From Acanthaster planci (Eukaryota): DNA of 64,000 nucleotides. The stretch covers positions 3,949,816-4,013,815 of the forward strand of contig NW_019091360.1 in the NCBI RefSeq assembly GCF_001949145.1, read 5' to 3'. Of this stretch, positions 54,101 through 63,470 are shown one piece after another. Positions within the stretch are counted from its first letter, which is position 1, and every line of letters begins with the position of its first letter. A program made the position numbers and the translations under genes. Under the pieces are notes generated by a model that saw only the letters and a list, made by a program, of their open reading frames with translations, was not told the DNA's origin and did not search any database.

Positions 54101-57100
54101 GTCTCATCCCCCCCACACCTGTGCCTCCCCTCCCTGTGACCTCCCACTCGGATATATGAGAGCAAGAAATAGCTTATTAATCCATGTACAGCCAAAATCA
54201 TTCCGTGTCTCAAATGGAAAATTAGCAGCAAATGAGGCCCTGGTTTGGTTTTGTATTTGAGAAAATCCTTGTGTACCCTTTTCTGTTCCAACTGTCTTGA
54301 CGTCTGACCTCTCAGAAAAACCAGATGCTCCTCTAAGACCAAAGGTATCCCTAGCTGCTGCGACTGAGGTAGTTGTAACTTGGAATTTCCCCAGCACAAG
54401 AGTCACCATCACAGGCTTCCGGTTACAAAGCAAGAAAGAAGGTTAGTGCTGTAATATCATTATGAATAAATCAGCTACTATCTTGTTGATGTGAATGGGG
54501 CTGACAGATAATTATAGGATAACAAACATTTTGTCCGGGACTTTTATAAATGTTTTTTGTGTTTTCCCAATATTTTGAGCAAGCAGTGCCTGCTACCCAG
54601 ATGTGGGTCTTGGCAAATGTATTATGTACATTAAAGTTGGCTTAACTTCACTAGTCTTTGAAAATAAGAGGTGGACCTCTTACCACGTTTTAACTTTCCA
54701 ATTACAGAGGGTCAAAATCTATTTCTATTACTGCCTTTTTGTTGAGAGCTGTCAAAATCCAATTGGCAAACTTTATTCAATGGCACAACTTCTGCTTTAG
54801 TCTTTTTGTCAGTTTTCTGCCTTTGAGAGATCCATCATATTTAGGAAAACATAAGGACTTTTCCTTTCTGCTTTTGTTTTCTTGGTTGTCGTAGATGACA
54901 AACAATGGAACATTGTTGAGGATAAGATACAACAGTGCTTCAAACACATCTCACCACTGCTTCCATCTACCGAGTACCGGTTCCGAGTAGCTTGTTGCAC
55001 ACAGTATGGTATTGGTCCATACAGTCGTTCATCAGTCCCAACAACAACATTACCCATAGGTGAGAAAACTTTCTGAGGACTTACATTATACAAGATTGAA
55101 AGTCATAGGAAGATGATTAATCCTTACGTTAACTTTTCTCATCATAAAAACAAATAAATTTGTAGCACAAATAGTCTAAATCGTGTATTATGCTTGTTAG
55201 TGCTTTGGAAAAGGGGATCAGGTGGTTTGAAATAACTGTTGACCATTTCCTATTCCCTAGATCCCCCTCCCTTGAGAAATTTCTCTGTTTCAGGATAAAA
55301 CTTTCGACCACCCCTCTGATATTAGGAAAGGTATAGGGAGCCATTGAGTCACTCTTGCTATATATCTCTCTTTAATTCAGACTAGTGACTTGCTGAATTC
55401 ATACTCTGGGCCTGAAGGCAATAACCAGTCAATAGAAGGCTTCCTTCTGTCCAATGAAGGCCCCTATAAGTCTCAGTTCAAATGTCTTCAGGAGTTGGAC
55501 CAGGCTACAGTACATAAATTTCCCAGTAGTGGTTGCCTGAAAGTTTACATAGCCCTACATACCACCAGGTTGTTGTGAAAGTCGGACGATATGTGAATTA
55601 CTTGGCTATGTCTAACTTAAATATTCACAAATATACAGCAAGTGGATATTGCCACGACTTGATGACTTTTTACTAGCCATGGCAACTAATGTAAACATAG
55701 CCTCACATCTTGGTTTTTGTGAGTCCAAAGATGTTCTTTGTGACTGTGAACAAAAATCCCTCAAGCAATGATTTGTGAATTTGTTGACATTTTACCACAG
55801 TAGCGGCTCAGGCTGGTTTTGAAATAAAAACATTTGTACTGCCTAACACAGCAGGTGTCCATGTGGAACACATAAATGGTTATCAGTTTATCTCGACTAA
55901 ATATATTGTGAACAGAGAACAATATTCTTTTGGTTCATATCCTTTAGGTTCACAGCCTCTTAGCATAGAAGCAATCGCTAAATTCCAGACATTATCAAGA
56001 AGTTGCAGTCTTGATCAAGATCATAAATCTTCCTCACGGGAGGTGATACTTGAGAACTTCCCAGACGGAGGGATTGAACAAACGATTGATTTGACGCTCA
56101 AGGAGAGCTTGCCGCAGAAAGCCTATGATTTCAACATTGAAATTGGGCGGTGAGTGACAATTAACTTGCTGTGTTTAAAAGAATGTTGTCTCTTTCAACT
56201 CTGCACTGAACACATCCGAATTTTGGCAGTGGGTTGCGTTCTAATTGCTTGACATATTGTGAAAGACTGTCTCCGTAGATAAAAATATCCATTTGGATAG
56301 CAACAGGGAAGGCAAACTGAAAAAATGGTTACTGGCAAAATTTCATCAACACCAAGATGAAGACAAGAAAGTAAAATTCAGAGAGCTGCTTTGTGAATCT
56401 TTTAAAAAGCAGAGAAATTATTGGATTGTGATTATGGGATGCTAGTAGCATGAATCATCAAGGGATTAGAACAATAAGGTCAGAGCAAGGCAAATGGACA
56501 CCTGTGTATGTGAGACGTGTGATCTTTTCTATCCATGACAGGGGTAGATACGCTGTGGTGCGGAAATGTTACAAGTACAGCACTGGATTAGAATATGCAG
56601 CCAAGATAATGCTCTCGGCAGAACCTGTGAATAAACAGAATCTTCTGGAATATGAAATCTTGAAAGAACTCAACCATCCAAACATTGTACAACTCCGCGA
56701 TGCTTTCTTGACAAAACGGTTCTATGTACTCGTGATGGAACGGTACTACGGGGGAGGGGTGATGAGCCACCTCATCCAGAAGGACAAATACACAGAGCAA
56801 CAGATTGTACGATTGGTGAGACAGCTACTGAGCGTGCTCAGTTTTTTGCACCAGAGGAATATCGTTCATCTGGACATGAGGCACGACAACATCGTTTTGG
56901 AGAGCAGGAGGAGAGACGCACTTCGCGTCATTGATTTTGGGTCAGCGAGGAGAATGGAATCAGATGATGGAATGAAGATGGAAGGATTGGATTCACCACC
57001 AGAATTTATGGGTAGGTAGTTAGTTTCACTGATTCAATATTTACTTGTTTATTTTTCCAAAATTAAAGTTCCCAATTTATCCACAGCTGATTTGGTTCAG

Positions 57101-58462
57101 TAGCTACTTAGGACACAACTAACTCATTGCAGTTTTCCAGTTTCACATTTTGGATGGTTTTATCATTGTTTTGGGAAGTATTTGACTATTCAGATTTTCA
57201 GGTAAATAATTTATTCTTTAAAAATAGAACTGTTTCACTTGCATATTGTTAGCAGTTGAAAGTTCTTCAACTTTGTTAGGTGGTTTTGTTTTTATTTTTT
57301 GATTGATTGATGCTGATTAATTCTGACTTTCTAAAGTTTTGCAAGTGTAAACTTTTTGTTGCCTATTTTCTTTGTTATTGTGCTTTTTTTGTAGCTCCTG
57401 AGATAGCGTCTGATGGATTGATAGAATATGAGACAGATCTTTGGGCCCTTGGCGTCATGATCTTTGTCTGGTGAGTCCTTCCTTAGATAAGTTAGATAGT
57501 CTTCTATTGATTTCAAACCACTTCAATCTGAATAAGTTGACTTACTGTTGTTCAATCAGTGCACTTGAGAGCTCTTTTGTAGAATGTCAAAAAACATTAT
57601 TACAGGGAAATTTCTGACAACAAAGTACCATCTTGCATCTTTTCTCCTCTTGCTACTTAGGTTGAGTGGAACATCTCCTTTCCTTGGACGCAATCGAGAG
57701 AAGACAATCTACAACATCACCAGGTTGAAAGTGAACAGGAAACATCTCTTTAAGAATTGCACAGCTGAGGCCAAGCAGTTCATCTGGGCAATTCTGCAGA
57801 AAGAACCAATGTAATTAGAAGCCTTTAATCTCACCTTAACCTTTCAGCATGAAAACCAAATGCATCTGTTAATGTGGGGGGGGGTGGAGGGCTAAAGTTC
57901 CTTTAGAAAAGCCTTTCCTCCAGACCTCTTTGATTGAAATTTCTTTGTCCTCAGTCCTTGGGCAAAGTGGTTTTTATAACTCCATTTGTTTCTTAGCATG
58001 GGTGTATGCCTCCTTCCTGCTGATGCCCATGTCTCATTCAACCACCCCTTTTTGAGAGTTCCTCAGTTTACCCCCCCCCTTCATTTTGTCAGGAAATGTA
58101 GAAGGTAGTGCTTTGGACAGATTTTCTTTGTTAAACTACATGTAATTTGATTAAATACTGACAGGTTTATTGTTTGTTTGGTCAGTGATAGGCCATCAGT
58201 TGATGAGTGTCTTGCCAGCCCCTGGCTCAGCGATACTCCAGAGATGAAAGCCAAGCGTGAGGCTGCTGTCTTCTCCTCCAGGAAGCTCCGAACACAGCGT
58301 ACAGAGTACAAGTTCCGCTTACTAGCACAGCAAACAAGAGCAGACATGTCACTGAGAAGGTACTCCTCAACGATAGAGCTGAAATCACCGGGAGCGACTG
58401 TATCGCCCAAACCCAAAAATGGAGTTCTAAACTCACTGGTTTATCCGAAGGTCCAGACTTAA
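5854..58462 (+). CDS. Obscurin/UNC-89/SPEG-family giant-kinase gene (8 Ig, 2 Fn3, 2 kinase domains); 24-exon model, about 1861 aa using donor 48756
   Basis: All 24 exons have AG/GT boundaries with matching phases, and the lengths sum to 5586 nt (divisible by 3). Domain order is Ig5-Fn3-Ig2-kinase-CaM segment-Ig-Fn3-kinase. A tandem kinase pair separated by Ig-Fn3 is the hallmark of obscurin/SPEG/UNC-89. Orthology within the family was not resolved. Confidence 0.9.
8560..8945 (-). mobile_element. 3' end fragment of an L2-type LINE
   Basis: Minus strand reads GDRSFSVAAPHTWNSL, the typical L2 ORF2 C-terminus, followed by a short tail ending in TTA-like repeats. Confidence 0.75.
15872..16308. 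repeat. Compound direct plus inverted duplication (A-B-A'-inverted B)
   Basis: A (about 105 bp) at 15872 and 16096; B (about 110 bp) at 15984-16093 and reverse-complemented at 16197-16308. Confidence 0.9.
17573..17950 (+). CDS. Exon 2: end of Ig1, acidic linker, start of Ig2
   Basis: Acceptor tttcatacAG; YSLQISPAYPEDTGIYTAQASN completes Ig1 in the correct phase; ends KVKW with donor TG|GTACGT. Confidence 0.9.
21832..22013 (+). CDS. Exon 3: remainder of Ig2
   Basis: (W)LKEDEEI...HSLEISDIISDDEGEYSCVAS; phase-2 acceptor; phase-1 donor AAG|GTGGGG. Confidence 0.9.
22131..22347. repeat. 26-bp quasi-palindromic minisatellite, about 8 copies
   Basis: Unit TGGAACTGTATCCTGGGAACAGTTCC; period 26 confirmed at 22131 and 22157. 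Confidence 0.95.
22462..23108. mobile_element. Tc1/pogo(Tigger)-like non-autonomous element with TA duplication
   Basis: TA-CAGTAAAATCTCAATAAGTC ... GACTTATTGAGATTTTACTG-TA, 20-bp perfect TIRs. Confidence 0.85.
22600..22718 (+). mobile_element. 119-bp PIF/Harbinger-like MITE, copy 1 (nested)
   Basis: Imperfect TIR GGCCATGTCCAAA / TTCGGATGCAGCC; TAA on both sides; further copies at 40322 and about 46124. Confidence 0.85.
26489..27445 (+). CDS. Exon 4: three tandem I-set Ig domains (Ig3-5)
   Basis: Three C..G.P.P.V.W...D.G.Y.C repeats in ORF 26419-27453; acceptor ccacAG; donor A|GTAAGT. Confidence 0.95.
28094..28180 (+). CDS. Exon 5: 87-nt symmetric (phase 1-1) Asp/Ser-rich linker exon, absent from the ORF track
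   Basis: ctttgcAG|TCTCTGAT...ACCG|GTAAAA; encodes ISDDDQEPDSGYRGQDISDDYRCSSSGST with no stop, in frame with its neighbours. Confidence 0.7.
28616..28915 (+). CDS. Exon 6: fibronectin type III domain
   Basis: VPCRPVGKP...SILLTWEP...YVFRVRAEGENGISEPSEES; phase 1-1; donor GTGAGT. Confidence 0.93.
30437..32817. mobile_element. About 2.4-kb putative DNA transposon derivative with repeated 14-bp subterminal motifs
   Basis: Ends GGGTGATTCC / GGAATCAACC (9/10 inverted match); seven GTCCCGTCAGTCAC-like motifs; interrupts a pogo-like element starting near 30349. Confidence 0.55.
34867..35148 (+). CDS. Exon 7: Ig6
   Basis: KPFF...LSCKV...VKWYRD...DIGEYECVAENKTG; phase 1-1, 282 nt. Confidence 0.93.
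36457..36738 (+). CDS. Exon 8: Ig7
   Basis: EPPDIIKGFPD...GIPEPDVIWYKD...DEGFYKMTAINMAG; phase 1-1, 282 nt. Confidence 0.93.
36891..36984 (+). CDS. Exon 9: N-terminal linker and start of kinase 1
   Basis: ...VEDEYEVLAELGK; donor AA|GTAAGC (phase 2). Confidence 0.9.
37480..37680 (+). CDS. Exon 10: kinase 1 N-lobe
   Basis: GAYGIVKKC...CAVKII...RREV...LDHKRLV...VMEL; followed by U12-type donor GTATCCTTT. Confidence 0.93.
37681..45425 (+). other. U12-type (minor spliceosome) GT-AG intron, 7745 nt
   Basis: 5' site GTATCCTTT matches the U12 consensus; branch site TTCCTTAAT at 45400-45408 lies under 20 nt from the terminal CAG; splicing restores MEL-VSGGELF. Confidence 0.85.
40322..40440 (-). mobile_element. 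119-bp PIF/Harbinger-like MITE, copy 2
   Basis: Reverse complement of 22600-22718; flanked by ATA on both sides (3-bp TSD). Confidence 0.85.
45426..45564 (+). CDS. Exon 11: kinase 1 hinge to catalytic loop
   Basis: VSGGELFERIV...NIVHLDLK; phase-0 donor AAG|GTGGGT. Confidence 0.93.
46124..46224 (-). mobile_element. Truncated copy 3 of the same MITE
   Basis: GTCTAGAGCTAGGTCCAGGTCTTC...TTTGGACACGGCC aligns to 40341-40440. Confidence 0.8.
46402..46601 (+). CDS. Exon 12: kinase 1 DFG-APE segment
   Basis: PENILL...LKVIDFGLAR...GTPEFVAPE...DVWSIGVMAYIL; donor GTGAGT. Confidence 0.95.
46702..46854 (+). CDS. Exon 13: kinase 1 C-lobe (not in ORF track)
   Basis: LSGMSPFMGDDDKQTLMKVKRGYWDFDDEVWDSISDEAKEFLKAVLVLDPK, MLCK-like; donor GTAAGA. 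Confidence 0.93.
47602..47647 (+). CDS. Exon 14: 46-nt exon, end of kinase 1
   Basis: KRLSLDQCLQHSWLK; ttcAG acceptor and AAG|GTATGC donor. Confidence 0.9.
48211..48291 (+). CDS. Exon 15: autoinhibitory segment
   Basis: FDERHDQGVAKLSTQRLKTFNSRRKWQ; phase 0-0; donor GTGAGT. Confidence 0.9.
48563..48755 (+). CDS. Exon 16 (shortest form): end of calmodulin-binding helix plus linker
   Basis: KALTAVKSAMRLRRLSS continues RRKWQ; phase-1 donor CAG|GTATGG at 48756. Alternative phase-1 donors exist at 48975 and 50293, so the 3' end is uncertain. Confidence 0.75.
48563..51029 (+). CDS. Extended exon 16 / alternative terminal exon: low-complexity region with 18-aa repeats and a hydrophobic C-terminal tail
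   Basis: ORF is open for about 750 nt up to the gap and about 1395 nt after it; ends LVRFIAGVIIGMFFAVVCRIIF*. Frame continuity across the 317-N gap cannot be verified. Confidence 0.65.
49209..49314 (+). repeat. 54-bp coding tandem repeat running into an assembly gap
   Basis: CAGTTGATCAAGG at 49215 and 49269; peptide unit VDQGNRERPDSETSEDIP. Confidence 0.9.
53599..53883 (+). CDS. Exon 17: Ig8
   Basis: ESPPVFSIHLQE...LTCNVKGHPLPTFTWLHN...EAGMYKCIATNKQG; phase 1-1. Confidence 0.93.
54316..54441 (+). CDS. Exon 18: first half of second Fn3
   Basis: EKPDAPLRPKVSLAAATEVVVTWNFP...ITGFRLQSKKE; donor G|GTTAGT. Confidence 0.88.
54895..55059 (+). CDS. Exon 19: second half of second Fn3
   Basis: QWNIVEDKI...LLPSTEYRFRVACCTQYGIGPYS; phase 1-1. 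Confidence 0.9.
55948..56149 (+). CDS. Exon 20: linker and start of kinase 2
   Basis: ...LPQKAYDFNIEIGR; donor CG|GTGAGT (phase 2). Confidence 0.88.
56542..57011 (+). CDS. Exon 21: kinase 2 core
   Basis: GRYAVVRKC...YAAKI...HPNIVQL...HLDMRHDNI...IDFGSA...PEFM. Confidence 0.95.
57395..57470 (+). CDS. Exon 22: kinase 2 APE to helix F
   Basis: APEIASDGLIEYETDLWALGVMIFVW; donor GTGAGT. Confidence 0.9.
57661..57810 (+). CDS. Exon 23: kinase 2 C-lobe
   Basis: LSGTSPFLGRNREKTIYNI...AEAKQFIWAILQKEP. Confidence 0.9.
58186..58462 (+). CDS. Exon 24 (terminal): end of kinase 2 and tail
   Basis: DRPSVDECLASPWL...KREAAVFSSRKLR, resembling SPEG/UNC-89 kinase-2 tails; TAA at 58460-58462. Confidence 0.9.
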
Positions 58463-60465
58463 TGAATGTGTCGTGTGACATTGGTCACATGATCTGGTGG
58501 TAGTCACATGACCAGGAAGCCATTATATATGGTAGCCTGATTTTTCCTGAGTTTTTCTAAACCTGAACCTGTCAGCATCATCAACACAAGTGCAACAAAC
58601 CAGTGGCATAATGGCACATTTACTGTACTGAAATGATGTAAACTCCTATTTATTGATTATTGAAGCTGATACCTATCGTTAGGACTCAACTGATATCCAG
58701 CAAAACCACACAGAGTTTGAGGATTTGGTGTGGTAAGGTTAAAAGTTTTGGGAATTACTATAAAAGTCACACATTAGGCCGCATAAAACTGGCATCTTAG
58801 CATGGTTTGCAGTTCCGTGTCATCTTGAAGTTTGATCAAGTGGAAGAATACCGTTGTGGGCCACTTGGGGCTAATGTGTGTCACATAGGAGCAATCTTTG
58901 AATAATCCTGCTCAAAGTTGCCATCTACAAGAGTAATGTATTGCTGAAGTTGGCAGTTGTTGCTGTGAGGCCGTTTCCTAAATCTTTCCTTGAATATTCC
59001 AGTTGACAGAGTGCAGTGTTTGCTGTATTGAGTAGTGTCGACACCAAAAATTCACTTTTTTTCATTGGAAGAATATATAATTTTAATGAAAATCAATAGT
59101 ATACAAATTTGAAATCAACGTGGAATATGAGTGTAGCAAAATCAACTCTGTCTGTAATGGCTACCGTGGTTTGCTAAATGCGTGACTTCGTCCAAATTAT
59201 GGTCACAAACTAAAGCCATTACACGTCCAAAAGCAGCGCCCATCAATCAGTTGAAACTGTGTAAAGATATCTACTGCTAAATCTCATATTTTCACTGCTG
59301 CGCTTGAAGGTGTTGAACAGTGAAACATTTGGCAACAAAGGTATCTTGATCCATACAGCAAACAGGGCACGAAACTCACTCCAACTGGGACAAACGTTAT
59401 TGATCATAGCACCGACAGGATTCATAAATTTGTAGTATAGCTTACTTGCCATAACTGAATAATTCAACTTGTGCAAAACCTGTATGTATACCAACTGATG
59501 ATGATATGTTTTATATATATATATATATATTATATATATCTACTGAATGTTACATAATGATTAATTCATGCAGAAATATTGTACATGATCTCTATGAGTG
59601 TTCGTAGCATTATTATAGCACTTTCAGATGCATGTATGGAGTGAAATGTTAGGAATTTGCTAGAAATACTTCTCACTCAAAGACTCAGTGAATATTGGGT
59701 TTTATTGAACTGTAAATTGAAGAGGCTGCAGGCATTCAACTGGAATATTGTATTCCATTTATCAGTAAAATTATAAAAGAGACAGGAAGGGTTTTTCTAA
59801 TGCCATCTGTCATTTGGATATTATATTCGTTAACACCTACATGTACTTTGGTGGTTGATTTTAAGGGCAGATCCAGAACAGCCAATGAGGGACACGCCCC
59901 TACGACAGAGCCTTATTATTTCATTTTTTTGGGTAAAACAATGAAAGAAGATTTTTGGTCAATATTATTTCCAAAAGCATGTAAAAAAGCCCTAAAATGT
60001 AGCCTCACCCGTCAGAAAGGCCACAAAAGGTTACAGATGAGAAAATTCCATATGATGATTTGTCCCCCAGAAAGAAGCCCCCCCAGGAAATTTGGTTCTC
60101 ACTGGATCCACCCTCGAGCTGTAGGAATTACAAATTGTCTCATTGTCACTTTGACATTGAGCAACTCTAACAAAACAAAAACGAAACAAGAAGCAAAACA
60201 AAGTAAAGTGCACAGCATGAAACCCATGACAAATAAGTTCACCTTTTTCAAATGATAAAAACCATATTGGAATGCATCTCTTTTATACCAAGAAGATAAG
60301 ATTTACTGTAGACTATGTAGATATTCCTTCTGTTTGAGAAGTAGATATATTGATAATGAAATTGAGATGTTGATTTTACTTCTGTGTGCTGAATACTCTG
60401 TATGATTTTGGCTTATGTTGTCAGTTTCATGGCTTGTAGATCAACAATTCCTTCAGTTGTAGATA

Positions 60466-60644
60466 CAGTCCAACCTCGTTAATAAGAGCACTGTTAGTTA
60501 ATGCAAGATTCTGCTTATAACAAGGAAAATTTTAGGTCCCAATCCTTTGTTTTTCCTTGTTTTTATTCCTGATAATACATGGTTCCTGTTATAACAAGGT
60601 AATTTGCAAAGTCCAATGGATCTCTTATTAACGAGGTTTGACTG
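60466..60644. mobile_element. 179-bp Tc1/pogo-like MITE in the putative 3' UTR
   Basis: TA-CAGTCCAACCTCGTTAATAAGAG ... CTCTTATTAACGAGGTTTGACTG-TA. Confidence 0.85.
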
Positions 60645-60709
60645 TAATCCAGTCAAATTTCACTTCTTAGAAGAAGATTGGATACTTGATATCATGAACT
60701 GATTGTTGC

Positions 60710-60715
60710 AATAAA
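60710..60715 (+). promoter_or_regulatory. Candidate polyadenylation signal of the full-length transcript
   Basis: First AATAAA I found downstream of the stop (about 2.2-kb 3' UTR), just before composition changes to CpG-rich. Confidence 0.4.
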
Positions 60716-60979
60716 GATGGCAGATTATGTGCTCGTAAAACAGGTCTTGGAAAGTGATTCATTTGGCAGTCAATATGGAATTCGTCTTTAAAAACTGACA
60801 TAAGTTATTTGCTTTTGCATTTTTAAGATTTATTTTTTTAATTAAAAGCTGAACAAGGAACATTTTAGGGGAAGAAATGGAATTCTCTTTGTTTTCTTAG
60901 AGCAGAACAGGGACTATTTTGTGTTGCTTTTAAAAGGGGAAAGTTTTGAAATGCGTCATTGAACTTGAGGTTTGGCTCA

Positions 60980-61870
60980 GAACTTCTTTACAATAAGCTT
61001 GGGGCGGGAGTCTAAATTCACAAGTGGCGTCTGTTGGTCATTTCAAAAGCCGATGCTGAATAGAACTTATGCTCGAGGCTTGAGAATGGGCCAGTTTCCA
61101 GTTTTTTATTTGGGTTTGAAACAATTTCAATTTGTCAAAATTCGCAAATGGGAAGAACATTTTAATGTCAAAGCATCTCAGTGCGAATTTGGCCCGAATC
61201 ACTTGGCTGCGGCTTCGAATGTATACTATGTGTGTTACTCAAGCCACAGCCAACAAACTCGGTTACGTCTTACGCCCCTGTGAAAGAACTGTTCCAAGCT
61301 AAAGAGGGCGCTATCACTTTGTCCCCGCCCTGTTCGGGAATGGGAAAGAATCTTCAATTGGGAATATTTACAGCAGCATGGCGCGTGGTTCAAAAGGAAA
61401 AATTTACGCTGACGGACTTTCGAGTGGTTTCTTGGCTATTTGAGTATTCTTCGAGCGGAATTTGGCAGGTAAGGCATACAGATAAATCGTAGCATGTTAT
61501 GGAAGTAAAGTAGGTCAAGGAAATGCTCCCGTTTCATCATTCGACACTTTTTTTAGTAGGCCCTATGTTTTGCAATTACAACATGGCGGCCATCACCTGG
61601 CCATGGCGGCCCACAGTCGTCACACCTGGCACCTGCACACTGCGTAGCGCAGCCTACATACACAAAGAGTTCCATCTACGGAACGTAAGGCCCCTGTGGA
61701 CAAACCTATGGGATTCCACTTGTCTGAAAAAAAACCACGTGTTTTCTAAATACATACTCGAAACGCCGCTTAATTGAAGAATAATTAATTCCTGTCGATA
61801 GAATAGGCTTTTATGTACAAAAACATATCCGTAACTTGAACTGCTGACATGGCCGGATTCGTTTACCTCA
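60980..61870. promoter_or_regulatory. CpG-rich promoter-like region, possibly of a neighbouring gene
   Basis: CpG density visibly higher than in the gene body; GC box GGGGCGGGAG near 61001; YY1-like CAACATGGCGGC near 61579; strong donor CAG|GTAAGG at 61469. Confidence 0.4.
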
Positions 61871-62234
61871 AAGTTTTTGTTGCATATTTTCTTTGTCATT
61901 GTACTGTTTTTTTTTTTTTTTTTTTGGGGGGTAGCTCCGGAGATAGCGTCTGATGGGTTGATACTCAATGATAGAATATGAGACAGATCTTTGGGCCCTT
62001 GGCGTCATGATCTTTGTCTGATGAGTCCTTCCTTAGATAAGTTAGATAGTCTTGTATTGATTTCAAACCAGTTCAATCTGAATAAGTTGACTTACTGTTG
62101 TTCAATCAGTGCACTTGAGAGCTCTTTTGTAGAATATCAAAAAACATTATTACAGGGAAATTTCTGACAACAAAGTACCATCTTGCATCTTTTCTCCTCT
62201 TGCTACAAAGGTTTAGTGGAACATCTCCTTTCCT
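61870..62234 (+). pseudogene. Disabled duplicate of 57349-57684 (exon 22, following intron, start of exon 23)
   Basis: Near-identical to the source including the intron; 10-nt insertion in the exon; donor GT changed to AT at 62021. Confidence 0.93.
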
Positions 62235-63411
62235 ATTTAATGGCAACCCAGTGTTTTCCACGGCAGAAAATTTTGGCAGGGCGGTAGACAAAATTGCGAA
62301 GCGAGAAGCACAAAGCCCTTACATCGTGAGGGCCGGGGCTAGATGCTCTGTTGTGCATTCTGGGACAATTTCCAGTCCACTTTCGTCTGTAATTTGGCCC
62401 CAAATCTGATTGCAATAACAACGTGAAATATTGGCTAGGATATTCTTCAGGAGGAATTTCTTCATCAAAAGATTTGATGATGAAACTATTTAATTTCCGG
62501 AGCATTTTTAGCAGAACCTCATGTTAGTGACTCGAGACATGCTTGAGATGAGCAAAGCATGCAGAGTAAAACAACCCTCGAAATGCGCCCTTGAATAAAA
62601 AAGGACAAAAGAAATATGTTCAGGCAAAGATAAGTTTACAATTTCCAGCTCACGTCATAAAAATGAAGCAACCCCTCCATCACCGTGGGTACCAGTCACG
62701 TGCATTGGGCAATACAATGTACGTGTACATGTACAAAACATACGCGATAGTTTTTTGGGACACGAGGTTGACTATGCATAACTGTAGGCAGCCAACGATC
62801 ATTGTCAGTACATCATAAGCGTCGTCACTAAACTCAGTCTTGTTTCGTAGGGTTTGTGCGCAAGGTTTCCAAATAAAAATTGCATATGAATTTGGAAAGA
62901 GTTCCATATGCGGACATTTGACACCCCAGGCATAAATCCTTTAAGACTGGCCTAGAAAATTCTGGGTGTTTTCTACGTAACCGACTTGGTTTTTTCTTCC
63001 TTAAATTGAACTTTCTGGACATGTTCTTGCTTTCTGATTGCTTATAGGTCACTGTAGGGAATACTTACATGCACTGGTGTCTAGATGCGTCTTTAATACA
63101 TGTATGGAACTCTTTCCATGAATTTTTTCCAGTTATAGGACTTTTGATGTGAACTAGCTCTTGATTTTTTTTTCAGAAATAATCTATTTGCTCTGTATTG
63201 TGACTTTAGGCCTACATGTACTAATTGGGACTTTTAAAAATTTTTTTGTTTTCTGGATATGAAATGCAGACCTACTGTGCGTGTGACACAATGTGGGACG
63301 TCCAAAAAAGGAAAGATATCATCCACCAGTAATCAACTGTTTTGTACAACTCTTTGAATTCAGTCCTGCTTGATTGACATGTTTAGTTTTCCTGTTAATT
63401 TAAGAAAAGCA

Positions 63412-63470
63412 TTAACCCTAACCCTCCTCAATCCTTCACCTGTTGGAGGACTGAGGAGGGTTAGGGTTAA
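63412..63470. mobile_element. 51-bp piggyBac-like hairpin MITE with TTAA duplication
   Basis: TTAA-CCCTAACCCTCCTCA...TGAGGAGGGTTAGGG-TTAA. Confidence 0.7.

Noticed and set aside
59512..59538. (TA)n microsatellite in the 3' region
   Set aside because: Ordinary short simple repeat.
63412..63470. Interstitial telomere or fusion site (TTAGGG/CCCTAA)
   Set aside because: Only about two units per side; better explained as TIRs of a TTAA-flanked MITE.
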